Assembly: GCA_001938485.1 (NCBI GenBank)
Contig: MQRK01180138.1
Coordinates: forward strand, 3,534-52,154
Reading direction: 5' to 3'
DNA length: 48,621 bases
Source: Girardia tigrina
Lineage: Eukaryota
The notes beneath the pieces were generated by a model. That model saw nothing but the letters and a program-made list of their open reading frames with translations, was not told where the DNA came from and searched no databases. The position numbers were made by a program, and so were the translations under genes. The number at the start of each line of letters is the position of its first letter. Position 1 is the first letter of the stretch. Below are positions 26,215 through 38,330 of the stretch, in pieces.

Positions 26215-26431
26215 TGTTAGAAGACAAAAGATCTGCACTAAAATATATTTAAATAAACAAAATCATAAACACACAAACATCAGTTATATACAGAATAAAT
26301 GGAGAGTCAAAGGTTAACTCTGCTCTCGACCCCGTAATAGTTATATAATACAAATTTAGAATTATTCTAAATTTGTTGATTGCGCAATATATTATTTAAT
26401 TAATTTAAATTTAATTCTATAATATCTCATA
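26215..26431 (-). repeat. 5' LTR (217 bp)
   Basis: Matches 23989-24205 and is immediately followed by the TGG PBS on the minus strand. Confidence 0.95.
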
Positions 26432-26999
26432 GATGGAATTAAGTTTTGTTTTTTTTGATTTGGGCTCCCCTTACTATACTTTTTAACATTGTATTTTGAA
26501 AGTCATCAATAGTTTAATTAAATTTTTAACAGTTGGTTGTACATATTGGTGTCACCTCACTCTTACCATCATGTGCGTGTGCAACACTTACATAACTGGA
26601 AACATGTTCTTTGGTCTCAAGTAGGAAGACTAATGTTTCATTGTGGTTTGCACTAATGGTTTCAACTATTGATACGTCATTGTTTCCCTAATTTTGATCA
26701 ATATTGGAGAGTGCTTCATTCTCTGCCAGGTATTGAGTTTCAAATTCTTGCTAAATTGCATTAATGCTGGTTGGAATTTTGGTCTATTCAGTTTGATTTG
26801 AACATTATGTACTTTTTTTCTTTTCATGTGAAAAACCTGCTAAAAAGATAAAAAATAAAATATCATTAAAATTAACACTCAAATATTTAACAAATTGAAT
26901 TTATGATGATGAAGTATGAAAAGTCAAAACATGTTCAATAATCAATATTTAAAAAAAAGATTTCAGAAAATCATTCTTGAAATATATATATGTATAAAT

Positions 27000-28520
27000 A
27001 TTGAGCGACAATTTTTTTAAAACATTTGTATTATTTAAGAAATAAAAGAAAATAAACATTATTTTGAGTAATGAATGTGATGAATCAAATAATTTTGTCA
27101 AGTGTTATATTTAGTATAAATGGAAATGGATAAAGCATTTTATTTAAATAAATCCTTTCAATTTATGTATTACGTAAAAATTCAAAGTCGACATATTTTT
27201 TAAAACAGTAAGATTTTTTATATTATTAAACGATTTGCCAAGTTTAATTGTTATTATTTATAAATAGACAGATATTTTCTTAAATTCTAGACAGAAATGA
27301 GAAGTAATTTTGAAAAACATTTGGCAAGGAAGTGGAAAACGGAAGGGTTGAGTTATTCAGAGATTTCTAGAAGATTATCGATTTCTAGAAATTCGGCAAT
27401 TAATCTTTGTCGATATAATAAGAAAAGATGTCTCAAGAAAACAGGACCTCGACAAAAATTAACAAAAAATATGAAGTTATCAATTAAGAGGACGATAGAA
27501 CATTTACAGTCAAATTTTCAAAAAATTAATTCGTCCAAATTGATTTCAGAATGCGATTTAAATTGATCAACTCGGACAGTACAAAGACATCTGAAAGCTG
27601 TAGGTTACAAATATCAAAAAATTAAAGTAGAAATATCGTTATCAAGGAAGTAGAAGAATGATAGAATTGATCATATTTCTAGATGGATTAGCGAAAACCA
27701 CAGTTGGGAAACGACAATATTTACGAATGAGAAAAGATTCACTTTGGATGGGCCAGACGATTGGAGAACATATGTACAAAAAATATGTACTCGTCAAAAG
27801 CGTCAATGTAAAGGGGATAGTGTTATGGTCTGGATGATGGTTCTGCCTAACGGACTTCTTTCATACAAAATAATAGAAGGAAAATTCGGATCTAAAAATT
27901 ATAAACAATTATTAATACATAATGATATTCCTATCATAAAACTTAACTGTGGTGATAATTTCTATTTCCAAGAAGAAAATAGTCCGGTTCATAAAAGCAA
28001 ACTCATAAATACTTTATGAAAGAAAGTAAAATTTCTGTACTTAATTGGCCTGCGAAAAGTCCAGATTTAAATATTACTGAGGACATGTGGAAGAAAATAT
28101 CCGACATTGTTTACGATGGCCCTCAGTATAAAAATAAGGCAGAATTATGCTTATTCATCAAAATGTCATACACTTGATTAGCTCATCTAGAAGACATATT
28201 GTTATCGAATTGTATAGGTCAATAAGAAGTCGACTGTGCAAGATATTAAAAGTGAATGAAAATCTGTTTAACAGTTTAATGTCCTAGAATAAATGTTACT
28301 GTTTTAAAAAATTTGTCGTTTTTAACTATGCATGAAATTTAATTTTTCAATAAAATTTTTAGCACAAATTCAATTTAATTAGTTATTTACTTTTTCTAAA
28401 CCTTAAAATTTAAAATAACCCATGTGAAAAACAGAATATTTATCGGAATTCTGATTGGATATAAATAACTCAAAATAATAAAAAGTTTTATTTCTATAAT
28501 ATTAAGAAAATGCTATATTT
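27000..28520 (+). mobile_element. Tc1-like DD34E pseudo-transposase (about 27297-28288) with decayed long IR/DR-type TIRs
   Basis: GLSYSEISRRLSISR HTH; IFTNEKRFTLDGPD; FQEENSPVH; WPAKSPDLNITE; cgacatattttttaaaacagtaa (about 27190) is inverted at about 28296-28318, with a similar copy at about 27007. Outer boundaries are approximate. Confidence 0.9.
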
Positions 28521-29579
28521 AAATACAAAATTTTTATTAATTTAAAAACAGAAGTGTAATCTTTAATATATTTGCATATATATAAACTCTAACAAGAGTA
28601 TCAACAAAACTATTTATCATCAAATTCTGATTAAAACTTATAATTATAAAGGTTTTCGAAAAGTAGAAATCTAAAATATTTTAAAAATTCCATTTCGATT
28701 ATTTTTCCAATCAAAACACACAATTCTGCCTAGAAAATATTCAGTCTCAAATATATCTATTTCAATTCCGAAATTCGACAATGAAATAAATTAGTGTTCT
28801 GACAGATGCAATATCCAATATGACTTAATTGGTTTTACTTTGTTACAATTCTTTCATGACATGAACTGCGTGTTAAGAGTTGTTCTAATGTCATTAAGAA
28901 ATCGGACGGGAAAATTATAACTAATGACCTCTTAATTAAGGGTAAATGAAAAAAGAATGCAAATGTCGAAGTCTCATTTATTATCTCATAAATAAGAAAT
29001 TTTGCGAGAAACTTTTTAAAAGTGTTACCTTTCACTTACAATAATAATTTATAATTTCGGAAAACAGTATTCAAAATTCTAAGTGTATCTGACAATTTGT
29101 CTTTTCTGGAAATAATGAGAGAAAAACGAATTATTTACATAGGAATAGTTCATATTAAAAGAAAATGAAAATTCTTAAGAAAATTTTAAGGAAAATCCTT
29201 AATTTCTTTCGAATTCGATTTCCGATGAATGTAATAAAATAGATTGAGGGAATATTCTAAAATGTATAATAATGTATTATATTTTGATATTTGTTTAAAT
29301 TTGAAAAAATAAAAAAACCATAAATCGAAAGTGTTTATGTTTTTAATTCTAAAATTTTATATTTTATATAAATAAACAAGATATTAAGAAAATTTAAATA
29401 AATAAAAGAACAAGAAAAAGTAAATATTTAAAGGAAAATAATAAATAATAAATTAAAATTAAAAAATAAATAAATTTAAAAAGAAAGAGATAGTATAAAA
29501 GGTCATCATTAATTAAGATAGAGTTAGTTTAAGAGTACAAGTTTAAGAGAGTTTACAAGTTCAAGTTAAGAAGGAAATC

Positions 29580-30925
29580 TACTAATCCACTCCAGATTCT
29601 ATGGAAACATTCCCGTATTTTCCACCATAATTCTGTACCTCCCAATTTGAATAACTATAATCACGTCCGTGCCCGCTGCTGTGCCGTTATTCAATTGGCT
29701 AATAGCTAGACCGACCTCTTCGATGTTTGGAGGATCATTTAGTTCTCTAATAGTACTTATGCATTCTCCGATTAGTTGAATTCCAGTTGTTTCATCCCAA
29801 TTGTTACTGTCGAACAATTTTGAGAAGTGATTAGTTAATGCCATATATGACACTGCCGCTTTGGTCATACATAATGTGTGTTCCTTCGTGTTTGGATTAC
29901 ACAGCAGCCTCATTTCCTGGAAGAGCTCTTTCAGCCGGCCATTCTGTTCATTGCATAAGATCAGCGAGATGTTCTGCCCAATGGTATCTACTCTGTTACG
30001 TTACCACAGTCGAATATTTCTGAGTACTTTCTTACGAGCTTCCTTCCATTTGTGGTGTGTCATATAATTTCTGTTGTTGACAAAATTCTTTCTTTTATCC
30101 CATTTTTCCGGTAATAATTTCATCAGTTTATTCTGATGGTCATGTAACCATCTCTCACTGAGTTTTTTCCACAACTACAAGCCGCTGCTATAACACATTC
30201 CAGCAGGGTTCAATATTTCGGCTTGATCTTTTAGCGATTCTTCGATCTTACCCTTATGGGACGCTAAAAAGATTCTGTCAGGTATCTTCTCTCCTTTCCG
30301 TTTCTTGCAAGTTTTCCTTTTGGGCATATTTCTCTTTCTGAGCCATGCTATTAGCACTGATAGGTCATGATCAGATCGGCAATCAAGTTTAGGATAACTC
30401 TTGACGTCAGATATCAGTCTTTGATCTATCAAAAACAAATCAAGCATCTGTTTCTTTTTCGTGCCCGGATGCATCCAGGATGTCCTTCGATCCCTGCAAT
30501 GCTTATGAAACGTATTCTCTATCCTTAAACCACAAGAAGCAGCCATCTCTATAATTATTGATCCGTTTTCCGATAAGTTGTATCACACATAGTATGGGCC
30601 AACTTATTTCGTGTTCATATCTGTGCGTTTAACACGACAATTAAAATCACCCCAAATGAAGAGTTAATGATGAGTAGATTTAGCCAAGCCTTTCTCGTCC
30701 GCTAATAGGCGTCCGAGATCCGAGTAAAATGAGGATTTCTCCTCTGAAGAGTATTCACAGTCCGTAGGACCATAGACAGCGATGATTGTTGTATGTCTTT
30801 CTGGAATTCGACATACTAGTATACGATCACTTTTCGTTATTGTTTCGATGTTATGACTATCCAAATTTCTGATCATTAATGCGACACCTCGTATTTTCCT
30901 ATCTCAAAAGGCGTTCCCGCTGTGC
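29580..30925 (-). mobile_element. LINE (RTE-like) remnant: apurinic endonuclease, linker and first RT motif
   Basis: GVALMI, IIAVYGPT, WGDFN, NTFHKH..RRTSWMHP, LDLFLI and SDH APE motifs; AISQLNNGTAAGTD RT domain 0. Confidence 0.92.
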
Positions 30926-30929
30926 AGAA

Positions 30930-32130
30930 TCACCCAATCTCCAACTTCCTGCACAATATTTCCACCATAGTGGAATTATCAGAATCAATTGTTGTAAATT
31001 CTTGAATTTTTGTTGCTTTCCTGATGTGGGATATGTGACTTGAATTTCCGTTGTCATTAAGCTCTACAAAAACTTCAAATTTCAATAATGTGATTACATA
31101 TGGCCCAGAGTATGATTCCTCGAATTTTCCCTCGATTTTCAATAAACACTATCGTCAATGCTGAAAGGCTTTTTATGTATGTTTATATATATCATAAATA
31201 TCATAGGCAATCGAGATTTTACGTGGAACATCAATTCATAAAGCTTCATATGGTTATGACCGATAGTACTATTTTAGCAAAACATATTCACTAATTGTAT
31301 CTGTAAATTTCGCTTAAAGTACATGGGTTTTCCAAACACATCCTGTTTCCTTGATGTCAATAGGCTGATGTAAAACCTTGTTCAATTTTCCATTTATCAA
31401 TTTTCTGTGTCATTGTGGTACTTTTGTTAACAGTTCCATAGTCAGAAAAGAAACGATTATGTTGCCCAAACTCTAAAAGTATATTATCTAAAAGCTCACT
31501 CCTTTAATAAGTGAATTAATTGCGCAACTTTCTACAAATGTAGAATCTTCTTACTAAAATAAATATGTGATATAACCGATCAAATATCATCTATAAAATT
31601 TATTTAAAGTATAAATATCATTGATATATATTGAAGAAATCTATACGATAGAGTCGAAGGAGACCAATATTCTCCAGTTTTTAAACATCAAATTCGTCTT
31701 TTATCATTCCATTTGCAATGACTTGGAATATCTTTATCAACAGCAATATTATTGGAATGAATTGGAAGAAATTAGTAAAAAGTCTGATAAGCAATGATTT
31801 ACAATATTATCTTTCATGATGTGAATTGAAATTCGTCTGAAGAATATAAAACTCATCTTCCGTCAATCTTGTACATTGAAGAGACAAAAAATCTCAAAAC
31901 ATGATTAGTATTCATTCACAATCAAGTAGATAAATCAAGGTTGAAGATCACTGCAAATGTTACAAAAATGCATGAATTAAAAAAATGAATTTTAATATTC
32001 TTCAAACGAATTTCGATTCACATTAGGAGACGTTATATTCTGAATCATTTCTGATCAGACAGACACTATAAATCTTTGATTAATATCAAAAATGGAAACG
32101 CAGTAACCTCAATATTGAATATGTTCAATT
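30930..32130 (-). mobile_element. Decayed Gypsy integrase remnant
   Basis: LEFGQHNRFFSDYG...WKIEQGFTSAY*HQGN core, and KFEESYSGPYVI...HISHIRK GPY/F module. The upstream boundary is uncertain. Confidence 0.75.
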
Positions 32131-33035
32131 ACTATAAATTGGAAAAAAACAATAAATAAAATAATAATTTAAATTATTATGTTATAAAACTCAACTTAAA
32201 TAAAACTATTGAGTTCTTGCTCAAAAGACATTATCATGAACACAAAAATTTATTTCTATAACAATTTGAATTTTTTAAACAAATATTTTTGAGGAACTTT
32301 TGTACTTTCTTTTTTATACAACCAATATAAATAAAAATAGATATAAATAAAAATAGGGTTAGTATATTTTTTACAAATTAAAATTCTATATTTTCTTTAA
32401 TAAAAATTATAGTGAATTAAAATTTTGTCATAAAGATTTTGTTGCGTCTTTTATTAATTTTTCAATTTTATGGTATATTTAAATTTACCTGTTTCTCAAT
32501 TACATTTTCCAAAAAAATTAAAATCGCATTTTTTATTTTAGTCCAGTTAATGGTTTTACAATTCTTTTTTAATTCCCATTTTAATTTCCGAAAAAAATAT
32601 AATTACTTTTTCCCAAAAAAATTATAACCACATTTTTAATTTACTTTGATTTACAAGTTACCAAAATAGTTTAGTTTACTTTTATTTCGCAAATAAAATA
32701 TCAAACTTAAATTACATTTTATTTTATTTCAAATAATTATTTTTATCAAATTTGAAATTAACTTTTTTTACTTTATAATAAATCTTTACATAAATCTTTT
32801 AATAATCCTACCGTAAAATTTATTTTATTTCTTACTTAAATTAATTTTTTACATTAAATTTCTGAAAATCTATTTTAACATATTTATAACAATAATGTAA
32901 TTGTTTATTTAATAATTTGATAATATTCAAAATTTTATATTTTATGAACGCTCCCAACAAAAACAATTATTAAATTGTTTTTATTTATGATTGTGTAATA
33001 TCAATAGATTAATTAGTTGATAATGATCAATTAAA

Positions 33036-34330
33036 CAGAGGGTATAAAAGGTAACTACCGTATTTTAAAGTCCTTCTAAACAAATATAAATAAATATAAT
33101 TTAATTGACTTTATTTTATACGTAAATATATTTCATTAAATTACATTTATGTATACATTTGTTTCACTAAAGTAATGCTTGCTATATTATTAAAGCGTTA
33201 ATGTAAATTGTTATTATGTTCTCTTTTCATGTACGCGTAGAAATTGTGTTACTGATGGCGACGTTGGAATCAGTAACTTTGGTTCTTAGACATTTAAAAA
33301 AAGTTAAAATGGGAAAAATATACCAACTGAGAAGACTATGAGAAGCATTTTGTCAAAGTTTAAAAAACTGGTAGTGTTTATAATTTTCAGAAGTCAGGAA
33401 GGTCATCACTTGATGAGGTAAAAATTGAACCAATTTGAGAAATTTTTGAAAATGATAAAACATTGTAAAAAAAGCAGCTGAGGAAGTTGAATGCAGTTAT
33501 AAAAAAACGCACAATGTTCTAATAAAAAAAATCCTAAACCTTACCCATACAAGATTTTAATGCTCATTTATCTATTTGACGAAAATTTTGCTGAAAAAAT
33601 CGCAATGTGAGAGAAGTTAATTAATTGGAAGCTTCTTGGATGCCTTTTTTCTCCGAAGAAGTAATGTTTCCCGTAAATGATTTTATTAATGGACAAAACT
33701 GTAGAATTTGGGTCACTGAAGCTCCTGAAGAAATTATTCAACTTCCTCACTCCAGTCTAACAGTGAATGTTTAGATGGGTGTTTCCATGTCACGCAGTTA
33801 TGGTACATTCTTTTTTTTCACAAAAAAATCAAAAGTAAAAATTATTTACCTATGCTTAAATCTTGCTTCATACCTCAAATTAGTTGTAGAATAATTTTCC
33901 AACAAGATTGAGCTGTCTCTCATTATGCGCGTCAAATAAGATAATTTTTAAGCAAAAAAATTCCTGTCAGATGTTTTGGAAGAGCTAAACCATTTTTTGG
34001 GCTGCCATGTTACGAGATTTGTCCTTGCTGGACTTTTTTCTTTGGGGACATCTGAAGACAAAAGTATACGACAGAAAATCAAAGAATCTTTAAGACCTGA
34101 AAGATTTCATTGAATCTGAAACAGCTTAAATATCACCCGAAATGTGTGAAAATGTCATGAATTCTTTATATTATCGATTGCATAGATGCCTCAGTATTTA
34201 TTGACATTCTGGGGGAAAATATTAAATATCTGTAAATAAACATTACTGTGTCAAAAATCTGTAGGCTTACAGTGAATATTTTTTACGATATTAAATTTCA
34301 AAATACGGTAGTTAATTTTTACACAACCTC
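33036..34330 (+). mobile_element. Full-length but decayed Tc1/mariner (DD41D-like) with ~35-bp TIRs
   Basis: cagagggtataaaaggtaactaccgtatttt versus aaaatacggtagttaatttttacacaacctc; INGQNCRIWVTE, FQQD*AVSHY and DLSLLDFFLWGHLKTKVY motifs. Confidence 0.88.
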
Positions 34331-34458
34331 AACATATCTGTTATCTTTTAAATCTTATATTCTATGACTACAATTAACTAACAAATATTTTGCAAATAAA
34401 ATCATAATTGCTGATGATGGAATATGAAACTTCAAAACATGTCCATTAATCGATTTAA

Positions 34459-35153
34459 AAAACAATCCGAAATCTCATCGATGCAATTTGACTGAAATGT
34501 CTTACCAAATGGAAATCTGAGAGAACGTTGTGTTCTCACAACTTGGAAAGAACGAAGGAATTCAAAACGAAATGTATTTTGTCGGTGTGTGATTGTTTTG
34601 CATTAGCCAAATGTGTTATTATACTGAGTGTCACCAGTGTCAAATCTGGTACAGTTGAGAGAACACAACGTTCTCTCAGATTTCCATTTGGTCAGACATT
34701 TCAGTCAAATTGCATCGATGAGATTTCGGATTGTTTTGGATTTGATGAGAAGGCTAAAATTAAGTTGATTGCATTGAGTGTGAGAAGTTTCATCTCAAAG
34801 ATTAACTTTTGGTTTGCTGTTAGTTGTCATCTTTATTATATGTCTCCGTTACCTTGTAAAGTAGAGAAAACGATAGAGAAAACATATCGTTTTCTCAAAT
34901 GGCAATTGATAGCTGCCAATGGTTGGTTTGCGAGAATGGAATTGATTGCATTTAGTGCATTTTTCTTAATATTGGGGAAAAGTGAAATAAAATTATTTTC
35001 ATCCAATAATTTATTGGAAAAATTTTATTTGTTTTCGGCAAGTTTCCACATAGTGTACTTGCTTAGTGCATTTTGTGACCTGATGATAAGATTATTATTA
35101 TCTCGAAACGCGTCGTCGCATTTTTATCCATATTATATAGATTTTCCTTTACA
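34459..35153 (+). mobile_element. 5'-truncated Penelope-like element (frameshifted GIY-YIG plus pLTR-like 3' region) with 5' inverted duplication, ending at (TA)n
   Basis: Joining frames gives ALAKCVI..ECHQCQIWY..E.TQRSLRF.FGQ; 85-bp inverted arms 34459-34543 and 34653-34737; hammerhead motif near the 3' end. Confidence 0.8.
35074..35120 (+). ncRNA. Minimal type I hammerhead ribozyme
   Basis: Stem I tgtgac/gtcgca (one G-U); core CTGATGA; stem II agat-tattatt-atct; GAAA; palindromic ACGCGT stem III; cleavage triplet GTC ending at 35114. Confidence 0.88.
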
Positions 35154-35226
35154 ATATATATATATATATATATATANNNNNNNNNNNNNNNNNNNNNNNN
35201 NNNNNNNNNNNNNNNNNNNNNNNNNN

Positions 35227-35272
<46 letters not shown>
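35154..35272. repeat. (TA)n microsatellite spanning an assembly gap
   Basis: TA runs flanking an N run. Confidence 0.95.
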
Positions 35273-35275
<3 letters not shown>

Positions 35276-36837
35276 AAGACTCTTTGAGAGAGCATTGGGA
35301 AGTAGTAAAATGTCAGACATTCTTTCAAAAAATGTCATAAAATGTCTTCTGTATTATGTTTCTTACTTCTTACACAAAATATTTTTTTATCAGACAATTT
35401 TCTTTTTTTCTAAATTAAATTAGTTTCTTAGCTAAAGAAATATAAATGTCTTCAATTTATTAAAATACTCAAGTCATTTTCACCAACAAATCCTGTCAAA
35501 ATTTCTTTATTATAATTTTTCCGTAACTTTCTTTTTAAATATGTAATGAAGTGAAACTGACTTTTTTAATAAATTAAATTAAATATTATTAAAAGAAAGG
35601 CTTTTTGTCATTTCAATTTGTTTAAACATAAAAAAAACAGTTCAACTTTAAATATTTTCGGTAATTTATTTTTATTTTCATTAAAAAAACGATTTATAAA
35701 ATAAAGTCAAATGTTCATTTCTTACAAAAATAAAAGCATTTATTAAAAAAACTTACTTTCCTGTACGATCGACGACGTCAAAACGAATCGTAGAAATTAT
35801 TGAGAAAAGAAATTTTAGAAGTTTAGAAAAAAATCAAAGAGTTTGTTTTGTATGTTTTTCGTATGGAATTTAAGTAGAATCCTCAATGATTTCTTTTTGT
35901 ATTAATGAATATAATAATATTTTTTTATTATAATAAAGTTAATTTTACCAGTATAATTAGGCTATTTATTATGACGATTTTTTGTTTATTTTCATTATCT
36001 TGTTCTATTTTTTCCGAAAAAAATTCCTCAACTCTAACAGACAACGATTATCATGAAAAATTAATATTTAGGAAATTTGAGAAATTTTTATTTTATATGA
36101 TTTTTATTATCTTATTCTGGCAGGTTTGTTTCGATAATTATTGTATGTTGATTGAACCTCATTGAGTATGTTGTTATCTCATTTAATGTAATTATTTTAA
36201 CCACAATTGTAATTTAAATTCAATAATGATATAATAATTATATAACAAATAAATGTATTTGTTTTAATATTCATTGTGCATCACGCGGGCAATTAAATAA
36301 TTGAACAAATTGTGCCTTAAAAATTAAATGATTTCTAAAGTCAATTTTGGCATTCCTGTTAATGAAACAGAAATATATGGAGTTATTTACAGTTATCATT
36401 GGATTTAATTATTTTCAGGAAATTATATTAGTAAAACACCGATACTATTCTAAATTTTGTACATTTTGAAAGTATCAGAATCAGACAATATAGGGCGAAA
36501 ATCTAAGTAAAAATGAGTAACTAAAAAATAAAAAAAAGTTTGCTTAAACTATAATACATAAATATACTTCAATAAATACCGCTTCTCAGAACAAATCAAA
36601 AGATACCATGCATATAAAATCACTGACCCCTGATGATTAGCGTCGCATCTTTACTAGCTTTAGTTTGTTGTAGTTTTTATTTGTCTGAGAAACGTTTTCA
36701 TGTTAATGATATAATAAAAAGACAACCCATTACAATGAAAATTAACCCTATCAAAAAGACTGTAAAATAGATTCATCCTAAACACATATTAATCAAAAAG
36801 TAAATAATCAAAAAGTAAAGAAACATATGATTGACAA

Positions 36838-37520
36838 ATGATTCGAGATCACCACAAATATATGATATGTGAAAAAGTATTGGTCTGGATAACCAACGAT
36901 ACGGTAAATTTGGCAGAATACAGGGGACGTATTTCAGCGACTGAAAGAGGTAGTCGAGTACGAGAAAGAATATCCAAAAATGTTTCAACCGCATATCAAA
37001 CTATTAGCTTGCACATTTTCTTCTTGCTTTAGAGAATTTTCTGAGCAGAACGAACTCACAAGACACATTAAAAATGGGCATCTAGTCACGGCGCCGAGGA
37101 CACAGAGAGATGGTGGTTTATTCATATGTTCAATGGAGAACTGCCACAAAAGTTGTAAAACAAATGGATGGCTTCGACGGCATTATTAATTTATTATCGA
37201 ATCTAAGGTAATGGTACTATGAATATCGAAGTAGTACAAAGAGCAGAAACAGAAAGACTTATTAAACATTTGAACTTGAACACGGAATATGATATGACAG
37301 TGACTGTCGGTGTAACTGAGTTTTTGGCTGGATAGTATAACGGACAAGGGAGTGTTTCACTGCCAATTTCCCTGTTGCACTAAGTACATTTATACAGCCG
37401 AAAGACTTCAGAATCACGGAACAATGGAACATGATTGGTAATTTCTGAGAGGGAAGAAGAAGCGTGCCCGTTCATTGAAAGCTCGCAATCTTGCATCCAA
37501 AACCGTGTGAGAGGATCAGA
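36838..37520 (+). pseudogene. Disrupted ORF with three C2H2 zinc fingers, probably non-LTR retrotransposon-derived
   Basis: CTFSSCFREFSEQNELTRHIKNGH; CSMENCHKSCKTNGWLRRHY*; CQFPCCTKYIYTAERLQNHGTMEH (about 37360-37435); stops and frameshifts lie between them. Confidence 0.75.
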
Positions 37521-37947
37521 AAACTTTGTATTTGTCTAATGATTTCAACCCTATAATGAATCAATGATTTACTTTCCTGTACGCCAATGCTGAATATTAT
37601 TTGTAATATACAGTTATCCGTCACGGTTGTGGGAGGCTTATTGAATCTACCTTAAGAAGATACTTTGATATAAATTCATGAATCATTGTCTTAAGTAGCG
37701 GTATAAAAAACAATCTTCTTTTTCCTATATTAATTGGAAGTTTAGATGTAAAACACATTAACAACTTAATTTGAAAAATAAGGACGAATCTGAGTTAACT
37801 GGTTATATCACACATTTAAAGGAAAACTAAGGATTATTAATCAAGTGGATAATGACGTAATCCCCGTTTACGTTTAGATACTACTTAAACATTTTTTCTA
37901 TACTTGAAATAATATATAAACATGCTCAACAACAGCTTAAAAAATTT

Positions 37948-38330
37948 TTAAGACTTAGATGATTTAGGGAGTAAAGAGGGTGGGAAAGCGGCCGCAGTTA
38001 CCCGAATCGGCGATCCCGAGGTAGTCTCAGTTATCGTGGAGGCGATGTTTCTTGAACGAACACACTGTGGTAATGCCCCCGTCGGTTGTCGCATCGACAC
38101 CAGAGAACAAATCGATATTCTATCGACACAAGCGGGCCAAACCAATCGATCGTCCTGTGTTTCGTGAACGAGCGCTGTTCATAAAACAGAGAAAAAGAGG
38201 AAACTAAATCGAAAATCAGACTGCGATGAGATGGTGGATTCGCTAGAAACATGAGGCGGCCATCACGCACAATCGACCAAGAAGTACAACCGAGGAAGTT
38301 GATTCATTACAGAATCATATTCTTCACAGG
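37948..38330. other. CpG-rich island, possible host exon
   Basis: GC/CpG spike; a minus-strand pyrimidine tract plus CAG near 38176-38205 precedes a Ser/Thr/Pro-rich frame ending TAA at 37948. Confidence 0.35.

Larger units (their letters stand above)
23989..26431 (-). mobile_element. Internally deleted Ty3/Gypsy element with two LTRs, retaining RT C-terminus, RNase H and integrase
   Basis: Direct repeats 23989-24205 and 26215-26431; PBS TGGTGACCTAC at 26204-26214 (-); purine-rich tract TTTTAAACGAGGGGTA next to the 3' LTR; FILDTDASFD and TDHK RNase H; ILAIIDQFSRY, LDCG, SPYHHNTNGLIER and YEGPMKI integrase. Confidence 0.97.

Noticed and set aside
26432-26836. Alternative genetic code (TAA/TAG = Gln), since all 7 stops in this frame are TAR
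   Set aside because: TAA/TAG are common in AT-rich DNA and arise by C-to-T decay; TE ORFs here end in TAA and contain all stop types.
34405-34440. CTGATGA...GAAAC hammerhead candidate
   Set aside because: Neither stem I nor stem II can pair.
34528-35340. 270-aa ORF as a real protein
   Set aside because: It runs through a frameshifted Penelope remnant, the ribozyme, (TA)n and an N gap.
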